64,000 bases of DNA from Acidimicrobiales bacterium (GTDB lineage: Bacteria; Actinomycetota; Acidimicrobiia; Acidimicrobiales; UBA8592): the NCBI GenBank assembly GCA_029244605.1, contig JAQWQL010000110.1:674-64673 (forward strand). The letters run 5' to 3'. This document shows, piece after piece, positions 48,611-58,565 of this stretch. Position numbers and translations under genes: made by a program. Each line of letters starts with the position of its first letter. The stretch's first letter is position 1. The notes under the pieces are model-generated. The model searched no databases. It saw nothing but the letters and a program-made list of their open reading frames with translations, and was not told where the DNA came from.

Positions 48611-48855
48611 CTCGAGCTTGATGTGCGAAATTTTCAAATTTCAGTTCATTGAGGCTCATACATGTGCAGCGTAGAAAAAATTCAGAGGGGTCCACCACTT
48701 AGTCCACTTTTCGGACGACAGTTAGCTTGTTCGTTTCCCGGAATATGCCACCGCTGTTAGGGGGCAGGCTGAAAGGCCTGCCCCCTCCGTATTTAAGAAT
48801 ATATTTTCCTTGCTCGTCGGATAAGCTTCATGGCAGCGCTCGGGTTGAGCTCGAG
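48611..48855 (+). ncRNA. Candidate structured ncRNA (~245 nt, 6S/Ms1-like rod)
   Basis: Hand-folded end-to-end pairing with many G-U pairs, an 18-nt AU-rich bubble and a 12-bp GAAA hairpin at 48759-48786. TAGAAT lies at 48597-48602. Confidence 0.6.
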
Positions 48856-48882
48856 TCAACTGCTCATAGTGATGGAGGATAC

Positions 48883-49542
48883 GTGGATGCAATACTGCTA
48901 GCCGCAGGTCGATCTTCTCGTCTAGGGACCGATACAGATAAACAGTTGTATCGAATCGCCAATAAGCCATTGATCATCTATTCCGCTGAACGACTGTTGG
49001 ATAATCCCAGTATTGACCGTTTAGTTGTTGTGGGCAATGAAAGCAGTCTGGATGAACTCCAATCTGTTCTTCGCGAATTTGATTTAATTACGGCGTGTGA
49101 TTTTGTGTTAGGGGGAGATCAGAGACAAGCATCTGTTCGAAATAGTCTTTCAGCCGTTAAATCTGACCGTGTCTTATTACATGAAGGAGCGAGGCCTTTG
49201 ATTAGTTCGTCATTGATTGACCGGGTACTGACGCCAGATACTGTATGTGTGACTCCGACCGTGCCCGTACCATTCACCGTTGCTATGGGGAAAAACATGA
49301 TGGAGGGAGAATTAGATCGATCGCTTTTACATAATGTTCAACTTCCTCAAGCGTTCGATACACAGAAACTTTCTGATGCACATGAGCAAGCATTTTCAGA
49401 TGGGTTCAAGGCGACCGACGATAGTGCCCTTATTTTCCGTATGGGCTATCCGGTCGAATTTGTAGAGGGTCACGTAACGAATATCAAAGTTACATATCCC
49501 AAAGATTTATTATTAGTGGAAGAAATTCTCAAATTGCAATGA
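48883..49542 (+). CDS. IspD/TarI-family cytidylyltransferase
   Basis: LLAAGRSSRLG..KQ, GGDQRQASV, HEGARP, QLPQAF and NIKVTYPKDL motifs. GGAGG before GTG 48883. Confidence 0.85.
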   Translation: MDAILLAAGRSSRLGTDTDKQLYRIANKPLIIYSAERLLDNPSIDRLVVVGNESSLDELQSVLREFDLITACDFVLGGDQRQASVRNSLSAVKSDRVLLHEGARPLISSSLIDRVLTPDTVCVTPTVPVPFTVAMGKNMMEGELDRSLLHNVQLPQAFDTQKLSDAHEQAFSDGFKATDDSALIFRMGYPVEFVEGHVTNIKVTYPKDLLLVEEILKLQ

Positions 49543-49622
49543 GTTAAGAGCATAAGTATCTCCGGGTGGATAGTTTTGAGTTCGATTCTCTTTCTAGCTC
49601 GTTTTTGTGCAAGGCTCAGATC

Positions 49623-50468
49623 ATGAGCCAATTAAGATGGAAAGAGGAAGTAGACCTCAATCGGCCTTTTTTTGTCATTGCTCTTGAAGGACTATTCGAT
49701 GCTGCTGGAGCAGCTACTAGTGCTGTTGATCGTTTGGTTGATTCCTATGATGCGAATCCCTTGGCGGATATAGACCCAGAGACCTTTTTTAACTTTCAGG
49801 AAGAAAGGCCGATGGTAAGAATCAACGAAGGAGAACGAGAAATTGTTTGGCCTACGAATTCTATCTGGGGAGCAAAATGCCCAAACGAGAATCATGACTT
49901 GGTGCTCCTATCAGGAGTTGAGCCTCATCTACGCTGGCGGACGTTCGCTGATTCTCTTCTTGAAATTGCCCGTTCTACAAGTGCCGAAATGGTCATTACG
50001 TTAGGGGCTATGGCGGGTATGGCGCCGCATACACGCCCGCTAGGTGTGGTCGGAAGCGCTGCTGATTCTGGCACTGCTGATCGTTTAGGTCTTGGACGGC
50101 CCACCTATGAGGGGCCGACTGGGCTTGTAGGCGCTTTGCACGATGAACTCGATAAAGCTGGGGTGCCAGTGATATCCCTTCGTGTATCTGTTCCCCATTA
50201 TGTTCCGAATCCCCCAAATCTCGAAGCTACGAGATCATTGCTATCCCGATTGGAATTGGTTACCGGAGTACAAACGTTTCACGGGGAATTAGATGAGGCT
50301 GCAAATGACTGGCGAAAACAAATAGATCTAGCAGTTTCAAATGATCAGGAAATGGCTAGTTATGTTCAACAATTGGAACAACGTGTTGATGAGAGTGAAA
50401 TTCTTCCAACAGGGGATGATTTAGCTGCAGAATTGGAAGCCTTCCTTCGCGACAAGAGGGAGGACTAG
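49623..50468 (+). CDS. PAC2 (proteasome assembly chaperone) family protein
   Basis: EGLFDAAGAA, GVEPHLRW, PHTRP, YEGPTG, VPHYV and LAAELEAFLR motifs. Confidence 0.88.
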   Translation: MSQLRWKEEVDLNRPFFVIALEGLFDAAGAATSAVDRLVDSYDANPLADIDPETFFNFQEERPMVRINEGEREIVWPTNSIWGAKCPNENHDLVLLSGVEPHLRWRTFADSLLEIARSTSAEMVITLGAMAGMAPHTRPLGVVGSAADSGTADRLGLGRPTYEGPTGLVGALHDELDKAGVPVISLRVSVPHYVPNPPNLEATRSLLSRLELVTGVQTFHGELDEAANDWRKQIDLAVSNDQEMASYVQQLEQRVDESEILPTGDDLAAELEAFLRDKRED

Positions 50469-50490
50469 GTACTCGATACCTCGTCCGGTA

Positions 50491-51360
50491 CTATAGTTTC
50501 ACTTTGCCGAGGGCCCGGAACCCTACAGCTCCTGCCCCTATTAGAGGTCCTTCATCCGCTAGTTCGCTGGGAACTATTTTTGTTCCATTAGCATGTTCGA
50601 TTTTTGAAAGTTGATCTATGGTGCTTTGTGCAGCTTCGAAGAATATATCCCCGAACCCAAGAGCCACGGAACCAGAAACTACCGCCAACTGAAGGTCAAG
50701 TAGGTTAGCTACGGAAGCTACTGCCCGACCGACTAACTCCCCTACTTTTTTCCTTGTCTCGGTATTTGCATTGACCGCAGGTGATCCTAGGGCTCGCTGA
50801 AGTGCAGATCCAGATGCAGATCCTTCCAAAAGGCCCGAGACTCCGTTAGCGTCTTTGCCTCCGTGTGGGTCAACAAAGACATGCCCGATATGCCCTGCGT
50901 TGCCATCCGCTCCTTCAAGGAGATTCCCATTGAGAACAATTCCTCCTCCAACTCCAGTAGAGACAACCATTGCAAGAAAATTCCTGCAATGTTTAGCTGT
51001 TCCTACCCATCCTTCTGCGAGAGCTAAGGCTTTGGCATCATTATCAACATAGGTAGGAATCTGGAGGTCCTGTTCTAATTTCTCACGGAGCGGAAAGTCC
51101 CTCCATCCAGGAATATTTAGGGGACTGACAAGTTGATAGGAATGTTTCGCTGGCCCCCCGCATCCTACGCCTACCGCTTCGACTGGGCCATTGGCTAGTT
51201 CCAATGTATTTTTCGCCATCTGAAGAAGACGAGAGTACAACGTTTCAGCGACTGGTACTACCGTTTGGATTTTGCTTTTGTGGGATGTGTTTCCGTTCGT
51301 ATCTACAATTCCTGATGCTACCTTTGTCCCTCCAACATCGATGGCTAAAACTTGAGACAT
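50491..51360 (-). CDS. ROK family sugar kinase
   Basis: IDVGGTK, DNDAKALALAE, STGVGGG and GNAGHIGH motifs. Confidence 0.88.
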   Translation of the reverse strand: MSQVLAIDVGGTKVASGIVDTNGNTSHKSKIQTVVPVAETLYSRLLQMAKNTLELANGPVEAVGVGCGGPAKHSYQLVSPLNIPGWRDFPLREKLEQDLQIPTYVDNDAKALALAEGWVGTAKHCRNFLAMVVSTGVGGGIVLNGNLLEGADGNAGHIGHVFVDPHGGKDANGVSGLLEGSASGSALQRALGSPAVNANTETRKKVGELVGRAVASVANLLDLQLAVVSGSVALGFGDIFFEAAQSTIDQLSKIEHANGTKIVPSELADEGPLIGAGAVGFRALGKVKL

Positions 51361-51375
51361 TTTGAGTTGAGTTCG

Positions 51376-52788
51376 TTAGGTTCTTGCTCTATATACGCCT
51401 GCATCACCGACAGCGTCCTTATTGAGCATCTTACTTAAGTGAAGTCCTTCGAGAATGAATTCAATTCCGCTTGCGACATGCGCGGGGTTTTCGAGATCAG
51501 TAGAGCTTAAGCCGATGCTGTCGAGAAGAGGTTTAAATGATTTCATCTGGGAAACGTAGTCAATATAGGCAGTAGATGCAATATCGTCACCGGCGCTTAT
51601 AACTGCCCCGTTTTCAAATTCGTCAAGTAAAGACGCACATAAGGAGTGTTCAACAGTATTCCGGAAGACTTCGAGAATGGATTGCCTGATCAGATGTTGG
51701 ATGATCTCAACTTCTCTTCCATCCTCAAGAGTCTCAATTTCGATTTTTCCTGAAGTTGAAGCAACTAGTGAGCTGAGGTCGCTGACTCGGGGAACAGCGT
51801 GCGTTTCGTCATTTAGCAAGGCTCTTCGAAGGGACCCGGCGATAAGGGTTTCGTAGTTAGAAACGGTTAATCGGACTGAAACACCTGACCGTTGATTAAT
51901 GTTGGGGTTTTCTCGGGCTGCGTGTGAGATAGTCGCAATAATTTTTTCCATGAATTCGGGGATATCTGTATTGACTGCTTCATGGGGGAAAATATGGGCT
52001 TCTTGTACCGCTATTTTTCGTTCCAGATCAATATCGAATGGGTAATGCGTCCGGATTTGACTTCCAAAACGGTCTTTCAACGGGGTGATAATTCTCCCGC
52101 GATTTGTATAGTCTTCTGGGTTCGCTGAAGCGACGAGAATTACATCCAGCGGTAATCGAACCTTATATCCTCGAATCTGCACATCTCTTTCTTCAAGGAT
52201 ATTTAAGAGTCCTACTTGGATTCTTTCTGATAGGTCAGGAAGTTCATTGATAGCAAAGACTCCTCGGTTGGTTCTTGGAACAAGTCCATAATGGAGTGTT
52301 AATTCATCAGAGAGGTACCGGCCTTCAGCTACCTTAATAGGGTCAACTTCGCCTATGAGGTCGGCAATTGACGTATCTGGAGTAGCGAGTTTCTCTCCGA
52401 ATCGTTGGCTACGGTGAATCCATTCAATTGGAGTTCCATCTCCTTTTTCTTCTACCAGATCACGTGCGTACTTAGAAATTGGGTTGTATGGATCATCGTT
52501 AATTTCGGACCCAGCGATGACTGGCATCCATTCATCTAAAAGGTCAACTAGTCCTCTGATCATGCGAGTTTTTGCCTGACCACGTTCGCCAAGAAAAATT
52601 ATGTCATGCCCGGCAAGTACAGCATTTTCTACCTGTGGAATGACTGTATCTTCATATCCGAGCACCGTTGGGAAGATATCCTCTCCTTCTCTGATGAGAC
52701 GAATAGCATTTTCGCGGATCTCTTGCTTTACTGTTCGAGAAAGCCAGTCAGATTTTTTTAGTTTGCCTAGGGTTTGTGATTTCTTCAT
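51376..52788 (-). CDS. AAA+ ATPase, Mg-chelatase-subunit-like (Rv0958-like)
   Basis: GERGQAKT Walker A, NELPDL and SANPEDYTNRGRIITPLKDRFG motifs. Confidence 0.88.
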   Translation of the reverse strand: MKKSQTLGKLKKSDWLSRTVKQEIRENAIRLIREGEDIFPTVLGYEDTVIPQVENAVLAGHDIIFLGERGQAKTRMIRGLVDLLDEWMPVIAGSEINDDPYNPISKYARDLVEEKGDGTPIEWIHRSQRFGEKLATPDTSIADLIGEVDPIKVAEGRYLSDELTLHYGLVPRTNRGVFAINELPDLSERIQVGLLNILEERDVQIRGYKVRLPLDVILVASANPEDYTNRGRIITPLKDRFGSQIRTHYPFDIDLERKIAVQEAHIFPHEAVNTDIPEFMEKIIATISHAARENPNINQRSGVSVRLTVSNYETLIAGSLRRALLNDETHAVPRVSDLSSLVASTSGKIEIETLEDGREVEIIQHLIRQSILEVFRNTVEHSLCASLLDEFENGAVISAGDDIASTAYIDYVSQMKSFKPLLDSIGLSSTDLENPAHVASGIEFILEGLHLSKMLNKDAVGDAGVYRART

Positions 52789-52840
52789 GCTCGAACCGTA
52801 GCGGAAGTATTGGCTTATTTCTTTGTCGAAGAGAGAAGCT

Positions 52841-53482
52841 TTACAACTTTTTTATCTTTTTTATTTCTTTTGAGATATTTTTTCGAGCTTTTCCCTCCCA
52901 TTGATGTTCAAATGCTTCTAAGGCAAATAAAGAGTCGAGTTCCATTAGGCTATTTAGGAATTTTTCTCTGGCTAGAAAAAATTGTTTATCGTTTAAATGT
53001 CCGTACTCTTCACGGATGCCTTTTGAGTACTCGGTGTATATTTTTTCGTCGCTTGCGAAAATTCCCAAGTCAATATCATGAAGTACTTGGTAGGTAAGTA
53101 CATCTTTCGCTGGCTCGAGATAATTCGCTGTTGACTCAATAAGGCTTCTGACATGTTCTGGGTTGCTAACACCTAAGCCATGAAGCCATTTATATGCTAT
53201 TTCAGCACTCTGATGTTCGTTTGATTCCGATTTTGGATCATAAATAAAATCGTGAAACCATATAGCGAACCTGATGTCATTTTTTTCTTCGATTTCGTAG
53301 GGTATTTGGTCGAGGATTGCGAAACAATGGTGAAGGTGACCCAAGGTGTGATAGCTCCTGTGGGGACTTGAGTATGCGTTGATAATCTTTTCGCCCATAG
53401 TTGCTGCTATTTCAAGACTGATCTCGTTGTTGTAACACAGTTCGAACCATTGACTCATGATTTCTATCTGCTTCTCATCCAT
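52841..53482 (-). CDS. Predicted HD-superfamily metal-dependent phosphohydrolase
   Basis: HRSYHTLGHL, WFHDFIYDP, NEHQSA, DIDL and IREEY motifs. TACTCT 6 nt before ATG 53482. Confidence 0.8.
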   Translation of the reverse strand: MDEKQIEIMSQWFELCYNNEISLEIAATMGEKIINAYSSPHRSYHTLGHLHHCFAILDQIPYEIEEKNDIRFAIWFHDFIYDPKSESNEHQSAEIAYKWLHGLGVSNPEHVRSLIESTANYLEPAKDVLTYQVLHDIDLGIFASDEKIYTEYSKGIREEYGHLNDKQFFLAREKFLNSLMELDSLFALEAFEHQWEGKARKNISKEIKKIKKL

Positions 53483-53646
53483 ACCGGAAGAGTAGTTTGA
53501 AAAGAGGTGAAGAGTAGAAGGAACTTTGAGAAATACGGGGTTGTTATTGGGCAGACGGTTAGTGTTTAAAGAGTGGTAAACACTAATATTATGGATAGGC
53601 AAAATTTTTTGTCTACCTATTGATTTGCCTGGAGGCAGAAAAGTAA

Positions 53647-54468
53647 ATGGCACAGACGAAAACACGGTCCGTTCCGCAGCCAATACGGAAAAGGCCGAAA
53701 CAACTTCCGTTCCCTCTTAACCTTTATCAAAGCGCGATCGGCCGAAAATGGGTGATGGCTGTCAGTGGAATTGTTCTTCTAGGGTTCGTTGTAACCCATA
53801 TGATCGGAAATCTTCATTTATACGAAGGCCCTTTGGAGATACATGAATACGCGGAAACACTGAGGAATCTTGGGACAGATATTATTCCAAGGACATGGCT
53901 GCTCTGGGGAGTGAGACTATTACTTATTGTGGCCTTTGTAGTTCATATTCATTCTGCTTACTCATTAAAAGAAATGGGGCGGAAAGCAAACACCAGAGCG
54001 AATTATGCCGACGGAAATAAGAAATATGCAGCTTCTCAGGATTTCATCGCAGCAAATTATGCTAGTCGGACAATGCGATGGACAGGACCTATTATCCTGC
54101 TGTACTTGGTTTTTCATTTAGCCGATCTAACTTGGGGATGGTTGAGTGAAGATTGGCATCTAGGTGACCCATACAACAATGTCGTCGTATCGATGGGAAA
54201 TATTGGAGTTGCATTAATTTACATTGTTGCAAATGTCGCCCTTGCAATACATATCTTCCATGGGACATGGAGTTTGTTCCAAAGTTTGGGAATAAATAAT
54301 CCAAAATTTAATCAAGCTCGAAAAATACTCGCAAGTAGTCTGGCAGGACTTGTCTTGGTCGGGAATCTTAGTTTCCCTATCGCAGTTCAGACTGGGCTTA
54401 TTGATCAAGACAATTGTGAAGCTCCGTGTGGCTTAACCGCAGTTGAAGCAGAGGAAGGACACGAATGA
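53647..54468 (+). CDS. sdhC: Succinate dehydrogenase/fumarate reductase cytochrome b subunit
   Basis: [23 protein letters not shown] and HIFHG heme ligands. Confidence 0.9.
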   Translation: MAQTKTRSVPQPIRKRPKQLPFPLNLYQSAIGRKWVMAVSGIVLLGFVVTHMIGNLHLYEGPLEIHEYAETLRNLGTDIIPRTWLLWGVRLLLIVAFVVHIHSAYSLKEMGRKANTRANYADGNKKYAASQDFIAANYASRTMRWTGPIILLYLVFHLADLTWGWLSEDWHLGDPYNNVVVSMGNIGVALIYIVANVALAIHIFHGTWSLFQSLGINNPKFNQARKILASSLAGLVLVGNLSFPIAVQTGLIDQDNCEAPCGLTAVEAEEGHE

Positions 54469-56387
54469 TCGGAGAACTACGATCCCGAACCCCTGATGGG
54501 CCCATTGATGAAAAGTGGGAGAGCCATAAGTTCAACATGAAGCTGGTGAACCCTGCGAACAAGCGAAAATTTGAAATTATCGTTGTAGGTACTGGGCTTG
54601 CTGGAGCATCGGCTGCTGCAACCCTAGGAGAACTCGGCTATAAAGTTAAAGCCTTCACCTATCATGACAGTCCCAGGCGAGCACATTCAATTGCCGCTCA
54701 AGGCGGCATCAATGGTGCAAAAAATTACCAAAACGACGGCGATTCTGTCCACCGGTTGTTCTACGACACCGTCAAAGGAGGGGATTACCGAAGTAGAGAA
54801 TCGAATGTTCATCGGTTGGCTGAAGTTTCTCTAAACATTATTGATCAATGCGTTGGGCAAGGAGTCCCGTTTGCAAGAGAATACGGTGGCCTTCTCGATA
54901 ATCGTTCCTTCGGTGGAGCTCAAGTTAGTAGAACCTTCTATGCGCGGGGCCAGACAGGGCAACAACTTCTTCTCGGAGCATATTCTGCTCTTATGCGTCA
55001 GGTAAGCGCAGGGACAGTGGAGTTACATACACGCTCAGAGATGCTTGACCTTATTGTCCACGAAGGCACCGCTCAAGGGATTGTAGTCAGAGATCTAATC
55101 ACGGGAGATATCCGAAGCCATACTGCCCACGCAGTGGTCTTGGCAACTGGCGGATATGGAAATGTCTACTACCTTTCCACTAACGCCATGATGTGCAATG
55201 TGACAGCAGGCTGGAGGGCCCATAGAAGAGGGGCTCTGTTTGCTAACCCGTGCTACACCCAAATACACCCCACTTGTATTCCGGCCAGCGATGAGTTCCA
55301 ATCAAAATTAACTCTTATGTCTGAGTCGCTACGTAATGATGGCCGTATCTGGGTCCCTCGTGAGCACGACGAGGTTCGAAGTGCATCCGATGTTCCTAAT
55401 ATAGATCGCTACTACTACCTTGAAGAAAAATATCCTTCTTTCGGAAACCTTGTTCCGCGTGATGTGGCATCAAGAAACGCAAAGACAGTCGTTGACCAAG
55501 GGTTAGGCGTAGGAGATTTGAAGAATGGCGTGTATCTGGATTTTGCTGATGCTATTGCCCGTGATGGTGAAGACTCGATTCGTGAGAGGTATGGGAATCT
55601 TTTCCAAATGTATGAACGTATAACTGGGGAGGATCCCTATAAAACACCTATGCGGATTTACCCTGCGACTCACTACACCATGGGAGGAATGTGGGTTGAC
55701 TATGAACTGATGAGTAACGTCCCTGGATTGTTTGTTGTTGGTGAAGCTAATTTCTCTGATCATGGGGCAAACCGCTTAGGTGCATCCGCCCTAATGCAAG
55801 GACTCGCTGACGGCTATTTTGTTCTGCCGTATACGATCGGAAATTATCTCGCCCCTCTTCTAGGGCAAGACCCACTTTCTGAAAATGATGCGACATGTGG
55901 GAATGTTGTCAATGAAGTAGCAGAACGTACCCAGAAGTGGCTATCAATCAATGGCACTCGAAGCGTAGATTGGTTCCACCGTGAACTTGGCAAGCTTGTC
56001 TGGAACTACATAGGTATGGAACGGGACAAGAATGGACTAGAGAAAGCTCTTTCTGAAATTCCTGCATTGCGTGAGGAATTCCAGAAGGATGTTCGGGTCT
56101 TGGGATCTGGGGATAGTCTTAACTCCTCCCTTGAGAAAGTAGGGCGTGTAGCAGATTTCTTCGAGCTTGCTGAGTTAAAAGCACGTGATGCGCTTGAGCG
56201 CGAAGAGTCATGTGGTGGGCACTTCCGAACTGAAAGCCAAACTCCTGAAGGTGAAGCCCTACGAGATGACGAAAATTTTGCCCATGTAGCTGCATGGGAG
56301 TGGGGAGGGTCATCCGACACTTCAATCCTTCATAAAGAGGAACTGGAATTTGAACATGTTCCACTGACACAACGGTCTTACAAGTAG
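54465..56387 (+). CDS. sdhA: Succinate dehydrogenase/fumarate reductase flavoprotein
   Basis: [23 protein letters not shown] and [11 protein letters not shown] motifs. Confidence 0.95.
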   Translation: MIGELRSRTPDGPIDEKWESHKFNMKLVNPANKRKFEIIVVGTGLAGASAAATLGELGYKVKAFTYHDSPRRAHSIAAQGGINGAKNYQNDGDSVHRLFYDTVKGGDYRSRESNVHRLAEVSLNIIDQCVGQGVPFAREYGGLLDNRSFGGAQVSRTFYARGQTGQQLLLGAYSALMRQVSAGTVELHTRSEMLDLIVHEGTAQGIVVRDLITGDIRSHTAHAVVLATGGYGNVYYLSTNAMMCNVTAGWRAHRRGALFANPCYTQIHPTCIPASDEFQSKLTLMSESLRNDGRIWVPREHDEVRSASDVPNIDRYYYLEEKYPSFGNLVPRDVASRNAKTVVDQGLGVGDLKNGVYLDFADAIARDGEDSIRERYGNLFQMYERITGEDPYKTPMRIYPATHYTMGGMWVDYELMSNVPGLFVVGEANFSDHGANRLGASALMQGLADGYFVLPYTIGNYLAPLLGQDPLSENDATCGNVVNEVAERTQKWLSINGTRSVDWFHRELGKLVWNYIGMERDKNGLEKALSEIPALREEFQKDVRVLGSGDSLNSSLEKVGRVADFFELAELKARDALEREESCGGHFRTESQTPEGEALRDDENFAHVAAWEWGGSSDTSILHKEELEFEHVPLTQRSYK

Positions 56388-56396
56388 GAGTTCACA

Positions 56397-57173
56397 ATGG
56401 AAAATACAATGACCCTAACCTTAAAAGTCTGGCGTCAAAATGGACCTACAGAAACTGGTCGATTTGAAACCTACAAGGTTGATGACATTAGTCCAGATAT
56501 GTCTTTTCTAGAAATGTTTGATGTCCTGAATGAAAGTTTGATTAACAGTGGTGAAGAACCCATCGAAGTAGCTAGCGACTGCCGAGAAGGTATCTGCGGA
56601 ACGTGTGGGTGCATGATCAATGGAAGAGCACACGGACCTGAAAAAGCTACCGCCACTTGCCAGTTGCACATGCGGAAATTTAAAGATGGCGACACTATCG
56701 TTGTTGAGCCTTGGCAAGCAGCTTCCTTTCCGGTAATTAAAGATCTAGTAGTTGATCGATCACCATTAGATCGAATCATCGAAGCAGGTGGTTACATCAC
56801 TGTGCCAACAGGATCTGCACCAGACGCAAACTTGATTCCAGTTCCAAAGGATGCGGCAGACACCGCCTTTGATGCGGCAGCTTGCATCGGATGTGGTGCT
56901 TGTGTTGCTGCATGCCCTAATTCTGCCGCACAACTCTTTACCTCTGCCAAGGTTCAACACCTTAACTTGCTTCCACAAGGCCAAGCTGAACGTTGGTCGA
57001 GAACAGAGGACATGGTCGAAACTATGGAAGAGTACTTTGGTTCGTGCACCAACCACGGTGAATGCCATGAGGCTTGCCCGAAAGAAATACCCCTAGACTT
57101 TATCGCCTACACAAATCGGGACTATGTAAAGTCAAAACGGAAAAATAGAAAACTTCTCGGCCAAATTTCTTAA
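56397..57173 (+). CDS. sdhB: Succinate dehydrogenase/fumarate reductase Fe-S subunit
   Basis: [21 protein letters not shown] and [12 protein letters not shown] clusters. Confidence 0.95.
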   Translation: MENTMTLTLKVWRQNGPTETGRFETYKVDDISPDMSFLEMFDVLNESLINSGEEPIEVASDCREGICGTCGCMINGRAHGPEKATATCQLHMRKFKDGDTIVVEPWQAASFPVIKDLVVDRSPLDRIIEAGGYITVPTGSAPDANLIPVPKDAADTAFDAAACIGCGACVAACPNSAAQLFTSAKVQHLNLLPQGQAERWSRTEDMVETMEEYFGSCTNHGECHEACPKEIPLDFIAYTNRDYVKSKRKNRKLLGQIS

Positions 57174-57186
57174 CTTTGAACCTATT

Positions 57187-57876
57187 TCAAATCTGATTTA
57201 AGAGGCTGATGGTTCTTTCCCAAGCCTGTGTGGCGGCGGAGGCATCAAAAGTTCCAAGCGCATCTTCTTCATTAGCGAATGCATGCCCTGTCCCATCATA
57301 AATATGGAAATTGACGTCCTTCCCGAGTTCCCGAAGCTCGCTTTCAAGATCTTTAATCGCTTCGGGAGGAAAGAAGTCATCGTGGGCCGCAAAGTGGCCC
57401 TCGACTTTTGCTGTTAACCCACTCCAATCAGGAGCTCCGTCACCTAAAGGGGCGCCGTAGTATGGAGCGGCAACAGAAACTCGGTCTGATTCAATTGCGG
57501 AAACCATTAAGGTGAGCATTCCTCCCATGCAGAACCCAACGACACCTACTTGAGATGATGAACAGGTATCAAGAGCAAGTAAATGATCTATCGCAGCTCC
57601 CATATCTCTTGCAGCACGGTCAGGTGGAAGTGAACTCATCAGCTCACCTGCTTTGTCCATTTCAGTATGTTGAGCAAATTCTCCGTGATAAAGGTCGGGG
57701 GCGAGGGCAGTGAATCCTTGTTCAGATAATCTGTCACAAACACCTTTGATTTGTGGAACTAGCCCCCACCATTCCTGCAAGACTAGAATTCCAGGTCCAG
57801 ACCCAGATTGTGCTGGTGCTAAATATCCTCCAGCTGTCGTTCCATTAACTGGAAATTCAATCATCTGAGATTCCAT
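57187..57876 (-). CDS. Dienelactone hydrolase family protein
   Basis: QEWWG, GFCMGG and GHAFAN motifs. Confidence 0.9.
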   Translation of the reverse strand: MESQMIEFPVNGTTAGGYLAPAQSGSGPGILVLQEWWGLVPQIKGVCDRLSEQGFTALAPDLYHGEFAQHTEMDKAGELMSSLPPDRAARDMGAAIDHLLALDTCSSSQVGVVGFCMGGMLTLMVSAIESDRVSVAAPYYGAPLGDGAPDWSGLTAKVEGHFAAHDDFFPPEAIKDLESELRELGKDVNFHIYDGTGHAFANEEDALGTFDASAATQAWERTISLLNQI

Positions 57877-57975
57877 ACTTTTCTCCTTCGGGTTCTCAAG
57901 AGATTATTGCCCAGTATCTTTACAAGGGGAAAGTCTTTGACACAAATGTTTAAAGGAAGACGATAAAGGTCGTTA

Positions 57976-58554
57976 TCAGATCTTTTGTGCAATTAGCCAT
58001 GCTTCATGCCGGCCGGATGCTCTCCACGCTTCATCAATGTTGATAATGCGCATCGATTGGATCTGCTCCACAAGTGTGTGTATTTCTCCATCAGCGAGAA
58101 GAAATCTCTCACTGGGGTGTTCGTGTTTTTCTAGATTTGTTTGTGTGGGGTGTGCAAATAGGAACACTCCGCCAATGTTTAATGATTCAGGGGTGGTACG
58201 GATTAACGCCCGGTCAAGGAATAGCTGAAGAAATATTCCATCCCATTTTCTCCCCTTTGGCATGGATTGTTTCTCTAGGTCATGTTGCAGGCACTCTATG
58301 GTCATATTTTTGTTTTCAGCGTAAGTTTGCGCTTGGTGTAAGGCGACAGAACTAATATCTATAAGGGTTGTTGAGAAACCCTGTTGCGCCAGCCATATCG
58401 CATTTCGGCCATTACCTCCTGCAACATCAACAACTGTTCCAGAAGATGGGAAATAGCTCGAATAGTTACAAAGAAAGGATGAAAGTTCATTGGGCGTCGG
58501 GTTTTCTCTGTACCGCCTATCCCAGGTTGACTCAGAGCTTTCGTTTTTAGTCAT
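57976..58554 (-). CDS. Class I SAM-dependent methyltransferase (TehB-like)
   Basis: WDRRY and DVAGGNGRNAIWLA motifs. Confidence 0.8.
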   Translation of the reverse strand: MTKNESSESTWDRRYRENPTPNELSSFLCNYSSYFPSSGTVVDVAGGNGRNAIWLAQQGFSTTLIDISSVALHQAQTYAENKNMTIECLQHDLEKQSMPKGRKWDGIFLQLFLDRALIRTTPESLNIGGVFLFAHPTQTNLEKHEHPSERFLLADGEIHTLVEQIQSMRIINIDEAWRASGRHEAWLIAQKI

Positions 58555-58565
58555 GCATCTGAGTG

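Noticed and set aside
51376-52788. Mg-chelatase as evidence of (bacterio)chlorophyll synthesis
   Set aside because: It belongs to the widespread Rv0958-like AAA+ group, and no bch/chl genes are present.
52810-53683. + strand ORF 52810-53097 and the long N-terminal extension of the HD protein to 53683
   Set aside because: The first is a shadow ORF. The extension overlaps the sdhC start and promoter, and a -10 element supports the start at 53482.
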